A DNA stretch of 64,000 nt. Source: Methanomicrobiales archaeon (GTDB lineage: Archaea > Halobacteriota > Methanomicrobia > Methanomicrobiales > Methanospirillaceae). The stretch covers positions 1 through 64,000 of the forward strand of contig JBAXJR010000005.1 of the NCBI GenBank assembly GCA_037137755.1, given 5' to 3'. The notes below the pieces were generated by a model, which was not told the origin of the DNA, searched no databases, and saw nothing but the letters and a program-made list of their open reading frames with translations. Both the position numbers and the translations under genes were made by a program. Below are positions 48,996 through 58,614 of this stretch, piece by piece. The first letter of the stretch is position 1, and every line of letters starts with the position of its first letter.

Positions 48996-49563
48996 ATTGG
49001 GCGAATTATTTACCGGCATTCACAGGGACCGGGGCCTCCAGGTAATCCTAGGTCTCCTGTTTGGGATCATGTTCGGGTTCCTGCTCCAGAAAGGCGGGGT
49101 GACGAGCTACAACGTGATTATTGCGCAGCTGCTCCTCACTGATTTCACCGTGATGAAAGTGATGCTCTCTGCTGTCATCGTGGGTATGATCGGCCTTGCA
49201 CTGCTGAAACATTTCGGGTATGTCCAGCCTCATCCTGCATCCGGGACCATTGGCTCGAACGTGGTCGGCGGGATTATATTCGGATTTGGGTTCGCTCTGC
49301 TTGGTTACTGCCCGGGAACGGTAGCAGGTGCGGTTGGGACGGGAGCTATTGATGCCCTGATCGGTGGTGTGGTAGGAATCCTGGCAGGTATCGCCGTCTT
49401 TGTCGAATTCTACCCGGATATTAAGGCACGGTTCCTTGTGAAAGGCCCACTTCCTGCTGTCACGCTGCCGGAATTTCTGAAGCTCCCTACATGGCTCACT
49501 ATTATCATCATGGAAGCCGCGATGATTGGGTTCCTGCTGCTGCTTGAATACCTTGGATATTGA
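48988..49563 (+). CDS. YeeE/YedE sulfur-transport family protein, part 2
   Basis: G..FGFLLQK, QL.L.DF...KVM, GG.IFG.GFAL.GYCPGT. Confidence 0.9.
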   Translation: MLKLGELFTGIHRDRGLQVILGLLFGIMFGFLLQKGGVTSYNVIIAQLLLTDFTVMKVMLSAVIVGMIGLALLKHFGYVQPHPASGTIGSNVVGGIIFGFGFALLGYCPGTVAGAVGTGAIDALIGGVVGILAGIAVFVEFYPDIKARFLVKGPLPAVTLPEFLKLPTWLTIIIMEAAMIGFLLLLEYLGY

Positions 49564-49743
49564 GTGTCGTTCGTAAGAAGGGTGAGGAAAAACCTCCACC
49601 TGTCGTTTTATTAATTCCTCTCCAACACCCCTTGTTCCATTCCGGGTTTGGGAATGCGTTTTATGATAGTTCTCTACCCCGATACGTTCTTTTTCAGACG
49701 ATTACGGTGACGATGAACCACCTCCCGGGATGGAAGGCGGTCG

Positions 49744-49977
49744 GTGAGAAAGGCCCTCCTGGATGATCTGAAACTGTTTCCCAGGGAGACTTATGATGAT
49801 GTTGTAAAACGCCTGGCTGAAATGGCGTATGATAATGAACCACTCACCAAAGAAGAACTTGAAGCGATTCAGGAAAGTGAGGAGGATATCAAAGCCGGAA
49901 GGGTCTATTCGATCGAGGAGGTTATGAAAGAACTTGGCGACGAGGACCACATCAGGAACATGAGGAAGAGGCGCTGA
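49744..49977 (+). CDS. Type II antitoxin (RHH-like; N-terminus possibly frameshifted)
   Basis: L..LK..PRETYDDV..RL, L..EEL..I..SEEDI.AGR....EE; TGATG coupling to the toxin. Confidence 0.7.
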   Translation: MRKALLDDLKLFPRETYDDVVKRLAEMAYDNEPLTKEELEAIQESEEDIKAGRVYSIEEVMKELGDEDHIRNMRKRR

Positions 49978-50246
49978 TGCTGAAGTACTCCATCTCCTTC
50001 ACCCGCCGGGCAAAGAAGAACTTAATGGACATCCCTGCTGAAGTGAGACATAAGATTGAGGGGGCCCTTTTTGCATTTGCATCCGATCCAGGTCCTCACC
50101 ATGATGTGAAGAAGATGCATGGATCTCATAAATCCCGTCCACTATACCGGCTATGCGTGGGTGAGTACCGGGTCCTCAAGTACTTGTATAATGGTACGCT
50201 CGTTGTTGAGGTTATCTCAGTATTAAAGCGCGAAATGGCATATTGA
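49977..50246 (+). CDS. RelE/ParE family toxin
   Basis: YSI.F...A.K.L, VKKM.G, YRL.VGEYRV, V.KR..AY. Confidence 0.8.
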   Translation: MLKYSISFTRRAKKNLMDIPAEVRHKIEGALFAFASDPGPHHDVKKMHGSHKSRPLYRLCVGEYRVLKYLYNGTLVVEVISVLKREMAY

Positions 50247-50399
50247 TCGTTAGATGAGATTCAGATTAACCGTGATGTCGGTTGGCATGTACGTGAAATC
50301 CCTTCAAAAATAATGATTGCCGTTATCTGGACCATTCAATGGTCTGTTATTACCCGCTTAGCGTAACCGTATTATTCCGGTGTATAACCAACCGCCCGG

Positions 50400-50720
50400 G
50401 CTTGCGTGCCCGGGGTGATCTCCACGAGAATATCTCGAAAATCCCCGGGAATGGCCGCATATCGTAATCGGCGATAGCTATCATTCGATTATTACTGGTC
50501 CCCAAGGAATTACCGACTTCTTCTGTGGACCGGATCTGCTGCGGGTTATCGGAATTGTTCCGGTATCCCGATATATTTTCAAAGGTTGGTCCACTCGTCT
50601 GCGGGTGATGTGCCGGATCTTTGCTGTCAGCCCGGAGGATTCTGGTCTCCCGTCCTGGCGTATTGCCCACAGAATCTTCATCCTGCTCAACTTCATCACC
50701 GGGTTGTGTTTAGGGCCCCA
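50400..50720 (-). mobile_element. Truncated IS481-like (ISA0963-type) transposase remnant
   Basis: ATG 50696: MKLSRMKILWAIRQ...ESSGL.AKIR.ITRRRVDQ..K.YRDTG.IP resembles the N-terminal HTH of archaeal IS481 transposases; no DDE core and no clear IRs. Confidence 0.55.
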
Positions 50721-50883
50721 CATTTGAATGAGCAAATACGTTCAGAACTCTGCACCCATTGAGACGTGATCTGTCAACCGATCGGGCAGAAATGTCCGTC
50801 TCCTCCAGCCCCGGGATCATGGTTCTAACATCACATACTATATATCCAATCAACCGAAACTGGGAACATACTGTGCGATACTC

Positions 50884-53800
50884 ATGAAACTCCAGAAAAA
50901 AACACTTCTTGTTTTTGTTATTCTGCTCATATCGGTCCTCGTAGTTATCAGCATATTTTTTTCCACCATCCTCCTGGCAAGTTACAGTGCCCTTGAAGAG
51001 CAGTATATAGAGAAAGACCTCGCCCAGGCGGTCAGCAAGCTCGACGATGAATTTTTTACCATGTCTTCTATCGCCTCTGACTGGGGACCCTGGGATGACA
51101 CGGTTGATTTTGTTAACGGGAATGATACGGAGTACCTCAACTCAAATCTCCAGCCGTATGGTTTCGATAATCTCAACCTGAACCTTATTGTCCTCACCAA
51201 CACGAAGGGAGAGGTCCTCTTTTCAGGTGCATATGATCTCGAGAATAAAGTGATGGCCCCGGTCCCGGCGTTCTTTTCAGGAAAACTGGACCTTAATAAC
51301 CCCCTGATGAACATGTCGGACCCCCACCAGGTAACAACGGGAGTTTTGATGCTGCCTGATGATCCTATGCTCGTTGTATCACAACCCATTGTCCATTCCG
51401 ATTTTTCCGGCCCACCCCAGGGAGTAGTGATCATGGGGCGGTACCTCAGCAGGGAGGAAATAGCGAGGCTGGCAAAACTCACGCAACCCAGTCTTGCCTT
51501 CACCCGTACCGACTCCCCGGTATTGACGCCAGACCTGCTCTCACATATCCGGGAGAACCGCGGGTCAGCACCGGGTATCATCCGGCAGCTGAACGGGAAT
51601 GAGATTGCCGGATATGCCCTTATCCCGGATATTTATGGGAATGACGCGCTTGTTCTCCAGATTACTGAAGCCCGCGATATCTACCACCAGGGATTAAATA
51701 CCACGATGCAGGTCCTCCTGATCATTATCCTGAGCGGGGTGTTCCTGGGACTTGTGGTAATTATCCTGCTGGACCGTTTCCTGCTGGAAAGAATGAACTC
51801 ACTGGCTATCCAGGTATATACGATCGGTAAATCAGGCAGTACAACGGAACATGTCACGATCGAAGGTGATGACGAACTCTCCGGGCTTGCGGCAGAAATA
51901 AACAGGATGCTGGATACGATCGAACAGACGCAGTCGAAGGTCCAGGCCAGCGAGGCACGGTTCAGGGGACTTGCGGAGAACCTGCCGCTGGTCATCTTCG
52001 AGATGGACACGATCGGGAGGCTCCTGTATGTTAATAAGACCGGCGTTGAAATATTCGGGATTACCGAGGAAAAGATCGCCCAGGGAATTAATATCCGGCA
52101 ATATTTATCCCCGGACAATATCGAACAGATGCAACGCGGACTCTCTGCCGTGATGTCGGGTTTGAAATCTCCCGGAGAGATCTACACCTTAACGCAACTC
52201 GACGGTAACCTGATGCGGGCCATTGTGTCGACATCACTTATCTATCGGGAAGGCAGTGTTACCGGGTTCAGGGGAATAGTTATCGATATCACCGAACGGA
52301 TCCGGCTCGAGGAAGCGCTCACCGAGAGCGAGGAATACCTCCAGTCGCTGATATGGTCAATCCGTGTTGGTATCATTGTCATTGACGTGGAGACCCACCG
52401 GATCATCGATGTAAACCCGGCGGCTCTTGAGATGATAGGTGCCACGAAAGATGCCGTTATCAACAAGCTATGCCACAACGTGATCTGTCCGGCAGAAATG
52501 GGAAGATGCCCGATAACCGATCTGAACCAGACGGTGGATAATGCCGAGCGTACTCTGCTGACACCGGATGGCAGGAAGATTTCGATCATAAAATATGTTG
52601 TTCCGGTTATGCTTCATGGCAAGCCCTGCCTGCTTGAAACATTTATTGATAACAGCTACCGGAAACAGATCGAACTGAAGCTGGCAGAGAGCGAGGAAAA
52701 ATACCGCTTTTTAATCGAGAACAGTCACAACATTATTTATATGCTTACCCTTGAGGGGGTATTCACCTTCGTCTCCCAGAGCTGGACTGCGCTCCTGGGC
52801 CAGCCGGTGAGTGAAGTGGTGGGAAGAGCATTCGGGCAATTTGTCCACCCGGATGATATCGCGGGATGCCTGGCATTCATGCAGAGTAAGATCGAGACAG
52901 GACAGGAACTAACCGGGGTCGAGTACCGCGTGCAACATGCCGATGGGTCCTGGCGCTGGCACACTTCCAACCTGGTCCTACTCAAGGACGAATCCGGTAC
53001 AACCGTTGCGTTCGAAGGCAGCGCCACCGACATCACCAAACGCAAACTGGCGGAAGAGGCGCTGCGGGAGAGCGAGCAGCGGTTCGACCAGTTGGCCGAG
53101 CAGAGCGGCACCATCGCATGGGAAGTGGATGCCAGCGGTCTTTATATCTATGTCAGCCACGTTTCCGAAGCTGTCTGGGGCTACCGCCCGGACGAACTAG
53201 TGGGCAGGATGCATTTCTACGACCTGCACCCGGAATCCGGACGCGAGGAGTTCAGGACGGTCGCCTTCGCTTTCTTCGGGCGGAAGGAATCGTTCTGGAA
53301 CCTGGAAAACGTTGTACAAGCCAAAGACGGCCACCAGGTAAATGTCTCCACCAACGGTATCCCGATCCTGAACCCTGACGGGACCCTGCGGGGCTATCGC
53401 GGTAGCGACACCGATATCACCGAACGCAAGAAGATAGAAGATGCCCTCGTGGAAAGCGAGGGAAAATACCGGGCGCTTACGGAAAACACCAGAGATATTC
53501 TCTTCTCCATAGATATGGCAAATATTTTCACGTATGTCTCACCGCAGATCAATAAATATGGTTTTCTTGCAGAGGAGATAATCGGAAAATCGCTTCGTGA
53601 TGTCATTCACCCGGAGGATATCGTCCGGGTTGAAGACGACCTGTCCCGGGACCTCGAAAAGGGTGCCCGGTTCCATTCCACGTTCAGGATCCTCGATAAA
53701 TGGGGAAATATCCACTGGTTTGACGAAGAAGGCACGTTACGGCTCGACCAGTATGGGATGCCCATCGGGATCTACGGGGTGCTCCGTGATGATTCTGAAC

Positions 53801-54486
53801 GCAAGCGTGCTGAAGATGCGATAGAACTTGCCAACAAAAAACTGAACCTGATGAACAACATCACGCGGCATGATATCCTCAATACCATCACCGGGTTGTT
53901 AGGTTGCGTGGATATGGCGAGCGCAACCTCTTCCCCTGAAGAAAAGACGCAACTGCTCGATGATATCAGGGACCTTACCCGCATCATCCAGCGACAGATT
54001 GCATTTACCAGGGAGTACCAGGAGGTCGGCGTCCACCTGCCGTTATGGCAGAACGTTCATGGAGTGATCGGGAAGGTTTTGCAGAATTTTGAAAAGACCG
54101 GCATTCACTTTGAGATAGATCCCGGGAATATGGAGATCTATGCGGACCCGCTGCTGGAGAAAGTGTTCTACAACCTGGTTGATAATGCAACGAGGTACGG
54201 GGAGACAATCACGACGATAAGGATATCCACCCAGACCTCCGGGAATCACGCCCTTCTGATTTTCGAGGATGATGGTGCAGGTATACCCGTTGATCAAAAA
54301 ACCCGGGTCTTCGAGCGGGGTGTGGGAAGGAATACTGGTATGGGTTTGTTCCTCACCCGGGAGATACTCGCCATTACAGGGATTTCCATCCGGGAAAACG
54401 GGGTGCCGGGCAAGGGGGCACGGTTCGAGCTGCTGGTCCCGTGGGGCACATTTCGGTCTGGCAGTGACACATTGCCAATGGGTTAA
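50884..54486 (+). CDS. CHASE4-HAMP-multi-PAS sensor histidine kinase
   Basis: TM, DWGPWDDT CHASE4 motif, G..IMGR, TM, HAMP GDDEL..LA.EINRML, five PAS, ITRHDILN, NTGMGL. Confidence 0.95.
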   Translation: MKLQKKTLLVFVILLISVLVVISIFFSTILLASYSALEEQYIEKDLAQAVSKLDDEFFTMSSIASDWGPWDDTVDFVNGNDTEYLNSNLQPYGFDNLNLNLIVLTNTKGEVLFSGAYDLENKVMAPVPAFFSGKLDLNNPLMNMSDPHQVTTGVLMLPDDPMLVVSQPIVHSDFSGPPQGVVIMGRYLSREEIARLAKLTQPSLAFTRTDSPVLTPDLLSHIRENRGSAPGIIRQLNGNEIAGYALIPDIYGNDALVLQITEARDIYHQGLNTTMQVLLIIILSGVFLGLVVIILLDRFLLERMNSLAIQVYTIGKSGSTTEHVTIEGDDELSGLAAEINRMLDTIEQTQSKVQASEARFRGLAENLPLVIFEMDTIGRLLYVNKTGVEIFGITEEKIAQGINIRQYLSPDNIEQMQRGLSAVMSGLKSPGEIYTLTQLDGNLMRAIVSTSLIYREGSVTGFRGIVIDITERIRLEEALTESEEYLQSLIWSIRVGIIVIDVETHRIIDVNPAALEMIGATKDAVINKLCHNVICPAEMGRCPITDLNQTVDNAERTLLTPDGRKISIIKYVVPVMLHGKPCLLETFIDNSYRKQIELKLAESEEKYRFLIENSHNIIYMLTLEGVFTFVSQSWTALLGQPVSEVVGRAFGQFVHPDDIAGCLAFMQSKIETGQELTGVEYRVQHADGSWRWHTSNLVLLKDESGTTVAFEGSATDITKRKLAEEALRESEQRFDQLAEQSGTIAWEVDASGLYIYVSHVSEAVWGYRPDELVGRMHFYDLHPESGREEFRTVAFAFFGRKESFWNLENVVQAKDGHQVNVSTNGIPILNPDGTLRGYRGSDTDITERKKIEDALVESEGKYRALTENTRDILFSIDMANIFTYVSPQINKYGFLAEEIIGKSLRDVIHPEDIVRVEDDLSRDLEKGARFHSTFRILDKWGNIHWFDEEGTLRLDQYGMPIGIYGVLRDDSERKRAEDAIELANKKLNLMNNITRHDILNTITGLLGCVDMASATSSPEEKTQLLDDIRDLTRIIQRQIAFTREYQEVGVHLPLWQNVHGVIGKVLQNFEKTGIHFEIDPGNMEIYADPLLEKVFYNLVDNATRYGETITTIRISTQTSGNHALLIFEDDGAGIPVDQKTRVFERGVGRNTGMGLFLTREILAITGISIRENGVPGKGARFELLVPWGTFRSGSDTLPMG

Positions 54487-54534
54487 AGATAAGATGTCGC
54501 CTGACAACATCATGTAATTTCATCCGGTGATACC

Positions 54535-54903
54535 ATGGTTGAAAAATCGATACTCCTTGTAGAAGATGACGATATTATCGCCCGGGTTGCTGACTGGCGG
54601 TTGAAAAATCTTGGATATAAGGTCTGCGGGCGTGCCACGACCGCGGCAGAGGCGATAGAACTGGTGGTGAAGCAAAAACCCGATCTCGTCCTGATGGACA
54701 TCAACATCAAAGGTGATATTGATGGGATCGAGACGGCCAAGATGATCAAGCAGGGTTTTAACATCCCCGTGATATTTGTGACGTCACATTCTGATGGTAT
54801 CACGCTGGAACGTGCTAAAGCAGCGAATCCTGACGGGTTTATTATCAAACCATTCGTTGACAATGACCTTCGTGTGGCAATTGAACTTGCCCTGAATAAA
54901 TAA
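54535..54903 (+). CDS. Stand-alone receiver domain response regulator
   Basis: LLVEDD, PDLVLMDI, IFVT, IIKPF. Confidence 0.93.
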   Translation: MVEKSILLVEDDDIIARVADWRLKNLGYKVCGRATTAAEAIELVVKQKPDLVLMDINIKGDIDGIETAKMIKQGFNIPVIFVTSHSDGITLERAKAANPDGFIIKPFVDNDLRVAIELALNK

Positions 54904-55058
54904 TCCCGCTCAAACCGGGACCAGGAATCATTACCCGGGAACCGTGCAACATACAGCGCATTGAGTGAGATGATGAAAAAAACCAAGAGGGCAGCCTTGA
55001 GTGATGCCGGCAGCACAACACCGGAACCTGCCGCTCCTGCAATTCCCGCCCCCCCTGA

Positions 55059-55245
55059 ACACCCACTCCTACACCAACTGTAACTTATACGCCAACCATA
55101 ACCCCGAAAACAACCCCTACTCCTACACCAGGATTATATGACCACATCATACTCTCTCCAGGCTGGAACTTTGTATCAACACCGAAGGTACTTGCGGCGG
55201 GATCTAATACGCTTCAATATTCAGTAATGTGAAAATGGTAACCCC
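55059..55245 (+). pseudogene. Fragment of a Thr/Pro-linker cell-surface protein gene
   Basis: TPTPTPTVTYTPTITPKTTPTPTPGLYDHIILSPGWNFVSTPKVLAAGSNT, then a frameshift to SIFSNV; no start codon. Confidence 0.6.
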
Positions 55246-55314
55246 GTTGAATAAGAACATTGGAAAAAAATTCACACTCTGAAAAACTGTTCTTAACCCA
55301 CAGCAAAGGCAGGA

Positions 55315-55500
55315 TTAGAATATCGTTGGCTTACAAACAATGAGGATCTGGCGTTTACAGTGCGGGCATTTTACTTCAATTTCAGCAGAGGGATTGATAG
55401 CAAACAAATCTTCTGAAATTATATTTGGTGTTACAATTCCATTACAAACAGGGCAATTGATGGTTGTAATGGGCCGATGAACGTTAACGGTGGGAAGCAT
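55315..55500 (-). CDS. Small zinc-ribbon protein
   Basis: CPVC and CPHC pairs; AT-rich; start uncertain (ORF is open to 55575). Confidence 0.5.
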   Translation of the reverse strand: MLPTVNVHRPITTINCPVCNGIVTPNIISEDLFAINPSAEIEVKCPHCKRQILIVCKPTIF

Positions 55501-55635
55501 GGCTTTTTTTGTCTCTCTGCGACAGTTAACAGGCATCCTCCTTGTGTAATAACTTTTGTGACAATGTGATCCCATAACAAAAATGTATCTACTATCAAAC
55601 CTACAAATGAAGTTAATGTCGGGTCAGGTCAGGTC

Positions 55636-58614
55636 ATGACTACATCGAAAAAAAAGACCCCTGCTAAGAAAAACGTCAGGGACAGCACGTCGGAACCACT
55701 ATTCCCCATAATCGGGATCGGCGCCTCTGCCGGAGGGCTTGAAGCATTTGAACTCTTTTTCAAGACGATACCGGCCGACAGCGGGATGGCATTTATGCTC
55801 GTCCCCCACCTCGACCCGGGCCATGCAAGCATGCTCTCCGAGATTCTCCAGCGGATCACCACGATGCCCGTTCACGAGGCAGAGGACCAGGCATTAATTC
55901 AGGTCGACCATGTCTATATTATCCCGCCTAACAAGGACATGTCGATCTTCCACGGCACAATCCACCTGAGCGTCCCCGAACAGGCACGGGGACTGCGCCT
56001 CCCCATTGACTTCTTCATCCGGTCGCTTGCCGAGGACCAGGGAGAACGAGCGATCTGTGTTATCCTTTCAGGGAATGGGTCGGACGGCACGCTCGGGCTC
56101 CGGGCAGTCCACGGTGCAGGAGGGGTCTCGTTCGTGCAGGAGCCATCAACTGCCAAGTACGATGGCATGCCCACAAGCGCTGTCCAGAGCGGTCTTGCCA
56201 CCTATGTGCTGCCGGTCGAGAAGATCGCGGATCAGCTGGTCACCTACGTTAAAACCATCGTTCTTACCGGTGTTCCCCTGGCGCTCCCTAACCCTGCCGC
56301 AACCGGTGCCATGACCCGTATCCTGATGCTCCTCCGTTCAAGGACCGGCAATGACTTTTCCCAGTACAAGAAGAGCACGATAACACGCCGTATCGAACGG
56401 AGGATGGTGGTACACGCCATCAGGGATATGGACGCATACGCCCGGTACCTCCGGGAAAACCCCGCCGAGGTCCAGGTCCTGTTCAAGGAACTGCTCATCA
56501 ACGTGACCAGCTTCTTCCGGGATACAGAAGCGTTCGCCGCACTGAAACGTGAGGTCCTGACCCGGATGTTTGACGATAAACCCGAGAACTATATCTTCCG
56601 GGTCTGGGTGCCGGGGTGCGCCTCCGGTGAAGAGGCTTACTCCCTTGCCATACTCTTCCGCGAGTACATGGACGAGATCAACCTGGACTTCAAGTTCCAG
56701 ATCTACGCGACCGATATCGATGACGATGCCATCGCAACCGCACGGGCAGGCATGTACCCTGAGAACATCTCCATCGATGTCTCATCCGGGCGGCTGCGGC
56801 GGTTCTTTGCAAAGGAGGAGAACGGCTACCGGATTAAGAAGGAGATCCGGGAGATGGTCATCTTTGCCATCCAGAACGTGATCACCGACCCCCCGTTTAC
56901 TAAAATGGACCTGATCAGCTGCCGGAACCTGCTGATCTACCTCGAAGCCGGTCCCCAGGAACGTATCATCCCGGCATTTCATTACGCCCTCCGGCCGGGT
57001 GGGGTACTATTCTTAAGCCCGTCCGAAGGCATCGGGAATTTTACCGATCTTTATGCACCGGTCGACAAAAAATGGAAGATCTATACCACGAAACCGTCTT
57101 CTGTATCTGCCAGGGCATTGGTGGCACAGCGCTTTGCATGGACCGGCGACAGGCCTGGACGGGAGACGGGTGAAGCCCCGGTTGCAATAAATAAGACAAA
57201 CTTCGCCGAACTGACAAAACGTGTGCTCCTCCAGTCCTACGCACCCCCGTCGGTCATCACGGACGAGAAAGGGAACATCGTCTACGTGCACGGCGATACC
57301 GGGAAGTACCTGCAGCCGGCACCCGGGCTGATAAGCACCAATGTCATCGATATGGCACGCGAAGGGCTCCAGCTCGACCTCCGGACCGCCATTATGACAG
57401 CAGCCCGGCAAAAGAAACCGGTTGTCGCAAAAGACCTGCCGGTCAGGACGAACGGCGGCATTCACGGGGTCGACCTGGCGGTACGGCCGCTTGCTGATAC
57501 GGAGGTAACCGGGGAACTGCTCCTGATCAGTTTCCAGGACGCCGGGCCGCACCCTCAGGAGAAAAACACCCGTGCGAAGCGTCCGCCTGTAAAAGGAGCC
57601 ACAAAGCGCTTTGAAGAGCTGGAACAGGAACTCGTGTTTACAAAAGAGAACCTGCAGGCGACAATCGAGGAGATGCAGGCGGCAAACGAGGAGCTCAAGT
57701 CCACGAACGAAGAACTCCAGTCGACCAACGAAGAACTCCAGTCGACCAACGAGGAACTCGAGACGTCGAAGGAGGAGATGCAGTCAGTGAATGAAGAGAT
57801 CGTGACCGTGAACTCAGAACTGCAGGCAAAGATCGCGCAGCTCACGGAGATCCAGAACGATATGAAAAACCTCCTCGAGAACGTCAATGTCGGCACCATA
57901 TTTCTGGATGACCGCCTTGCGATCAAACGGTTCACCCGCGAGGCAGTAAAGGTGTACCGGCTTGCCCCCTCGGATATGGGACGACCACTCGCCGATATCC
58001 GGTCAAATATCCCGGGAGAAGACCTGGTTGCCGATGCCAAAGGTGTACTTGACACCCTCATTCCGCTGGAGAAACCGGTCCGTACGACCGGTAACGAATG
58101 GTATAATGTCCGCATCATGCCGTACCGAACCTATGAGAACGTGATCGATGGTGTGGTGCTAACATTCTCCGATATCACCGTACTTAAAGCAGTCGAAGCA
58201 GAGTCCCGGGTTTCCCGCGACTATGCGCAGAGTATTGTGGACACGGTCCGGGAACCGTTGATCGTCCTGGACGGCAGGTTTGAGGTGGTCTCTGCCAGCC
58301 GGGCCTTCTACCAGAAATTCCAGGTGACCCCTGAAGAGACGCTGGGGCAGGTGTTGTATAAGCTCGGGAACAATCAGTGGGACATTCCCGGACTCCACGA
58401 ACTGCTGGAGACCGTGCTGACGAACAAGACCTCGTTTGAGAATTTCGAAGTTGGGCATGACTTCCCCGGAATAGGGAAGAGGAAGATGTTGTTAAACGCA
58501 CGCCGGATCCCTGGCGAAGCAGGAAGTACGCAACTTCTTCTCCTAGCAATTGAGGATATCACAGCGCCCGGCACCCCGGGTACATCCCGCAAACCCGGTG
58601 GGAAGGGGGAATGA
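55636..58614 (+). CDS. cheBR: CheB-CheR fusion with coiled coil and two PAS domains
   Basis: CheB triad GASAGG / HLDP / GSDG; CheR INVTSFFRD, PGCASGEEAYS, ATDID, CRNLLIY; NEELQST heptads; PAS_10 and PAS. Confidence 0.95.
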   Translation: MTTSKKKTPAKKNVRDSTSEPLFPIIGIGASAGGLEAFELFFKTIPADSGMAFMLVPHLDPGHASMLSEILQRITTMPVHEAEDQALIQVDHVYIIPPNKDMSIFHGTIHLSVPEQARGLRLPIDFFIRSLAEDQGERAICVILSGNGSDGTLGLRAVHGAGGVSFVQEPSTAKYDGMPTSAVQSGLATYVLPVEKIADQLVTYVKTIVLTGVPLALPNPAATGAMTRILMLLRSRTGNDFSQYKKSTITRRIERRMVVHAIRDMDAYARYLRENPAEVQVLFKELLINVTSFFRDTEAFAALKREVLTRMFDDKPENYIFRVWVPGCASGEEAYSLAILFREYMDEINLDFKFQIYATDIDDDAIATARAGMYPENISIDVSSGRLRRFFAKEENGYRIKKEIREMVIFAIQNVITDPPFTKMDLISCRNLLIYLEAGPQERIIPAFHYALRPGGVLFLSPSEGIGNFTDLYAPVDKKWKIYTTKPSSVSARALVAQRFAWTGDRPGRETGEAPVAINKTNFAELTKRVLLQSYAPPSVITDEKGNIVYVHGDTGKYLQPAPGLISTNVIDMAREGLQLDLRTAIMTAARQKKPVVAKDLPVRTNGGIHGVDLAVRPLADTEVTGELLLISFQDAGPHPQEKNTRAKRPPVKGATKRFEELEQELVFTKENLQATIEEMQAANEELKSTNEELQSTNEELQSTNEELETSKEEMQSVNEEIVTVNSELQAKIAQLTEIQNDMKNLLENVNVGTIFLDDRLAIKRFTREAVKVYRLAPSDMGRPLADIRSNIPGEDLVADAKGVLDTLIPLEKPVRTTGNEWYNVRIMPYRTYENVIDGVVLTFSDITVLKAVEAESRVSRDYAQSIVDTVREPLIVLDGRFEVVSASRAFYQKFQVTPEETLGQVLYKLGNNQWDIPGLHELLETVLTNKTSFENFEVGHDFPGIGKRKMLLNARRIPGEAGSTQLLLLAIEDITAPGTPGTSRKPGGKGE
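57685..57762 (+). repeat. 21-bp coding tandem repeat (NEELQST heptads)
   Basis: AACGAAGAACTCCAGTCGACC repeated with variants. Confidence 0.85.

Noticed and set aside
57685-57762. 21-bp tandem repeat as a novel element
   Set aside because: Encodes the NEELQST heptads that are a standard part of CheB-CheR fusions
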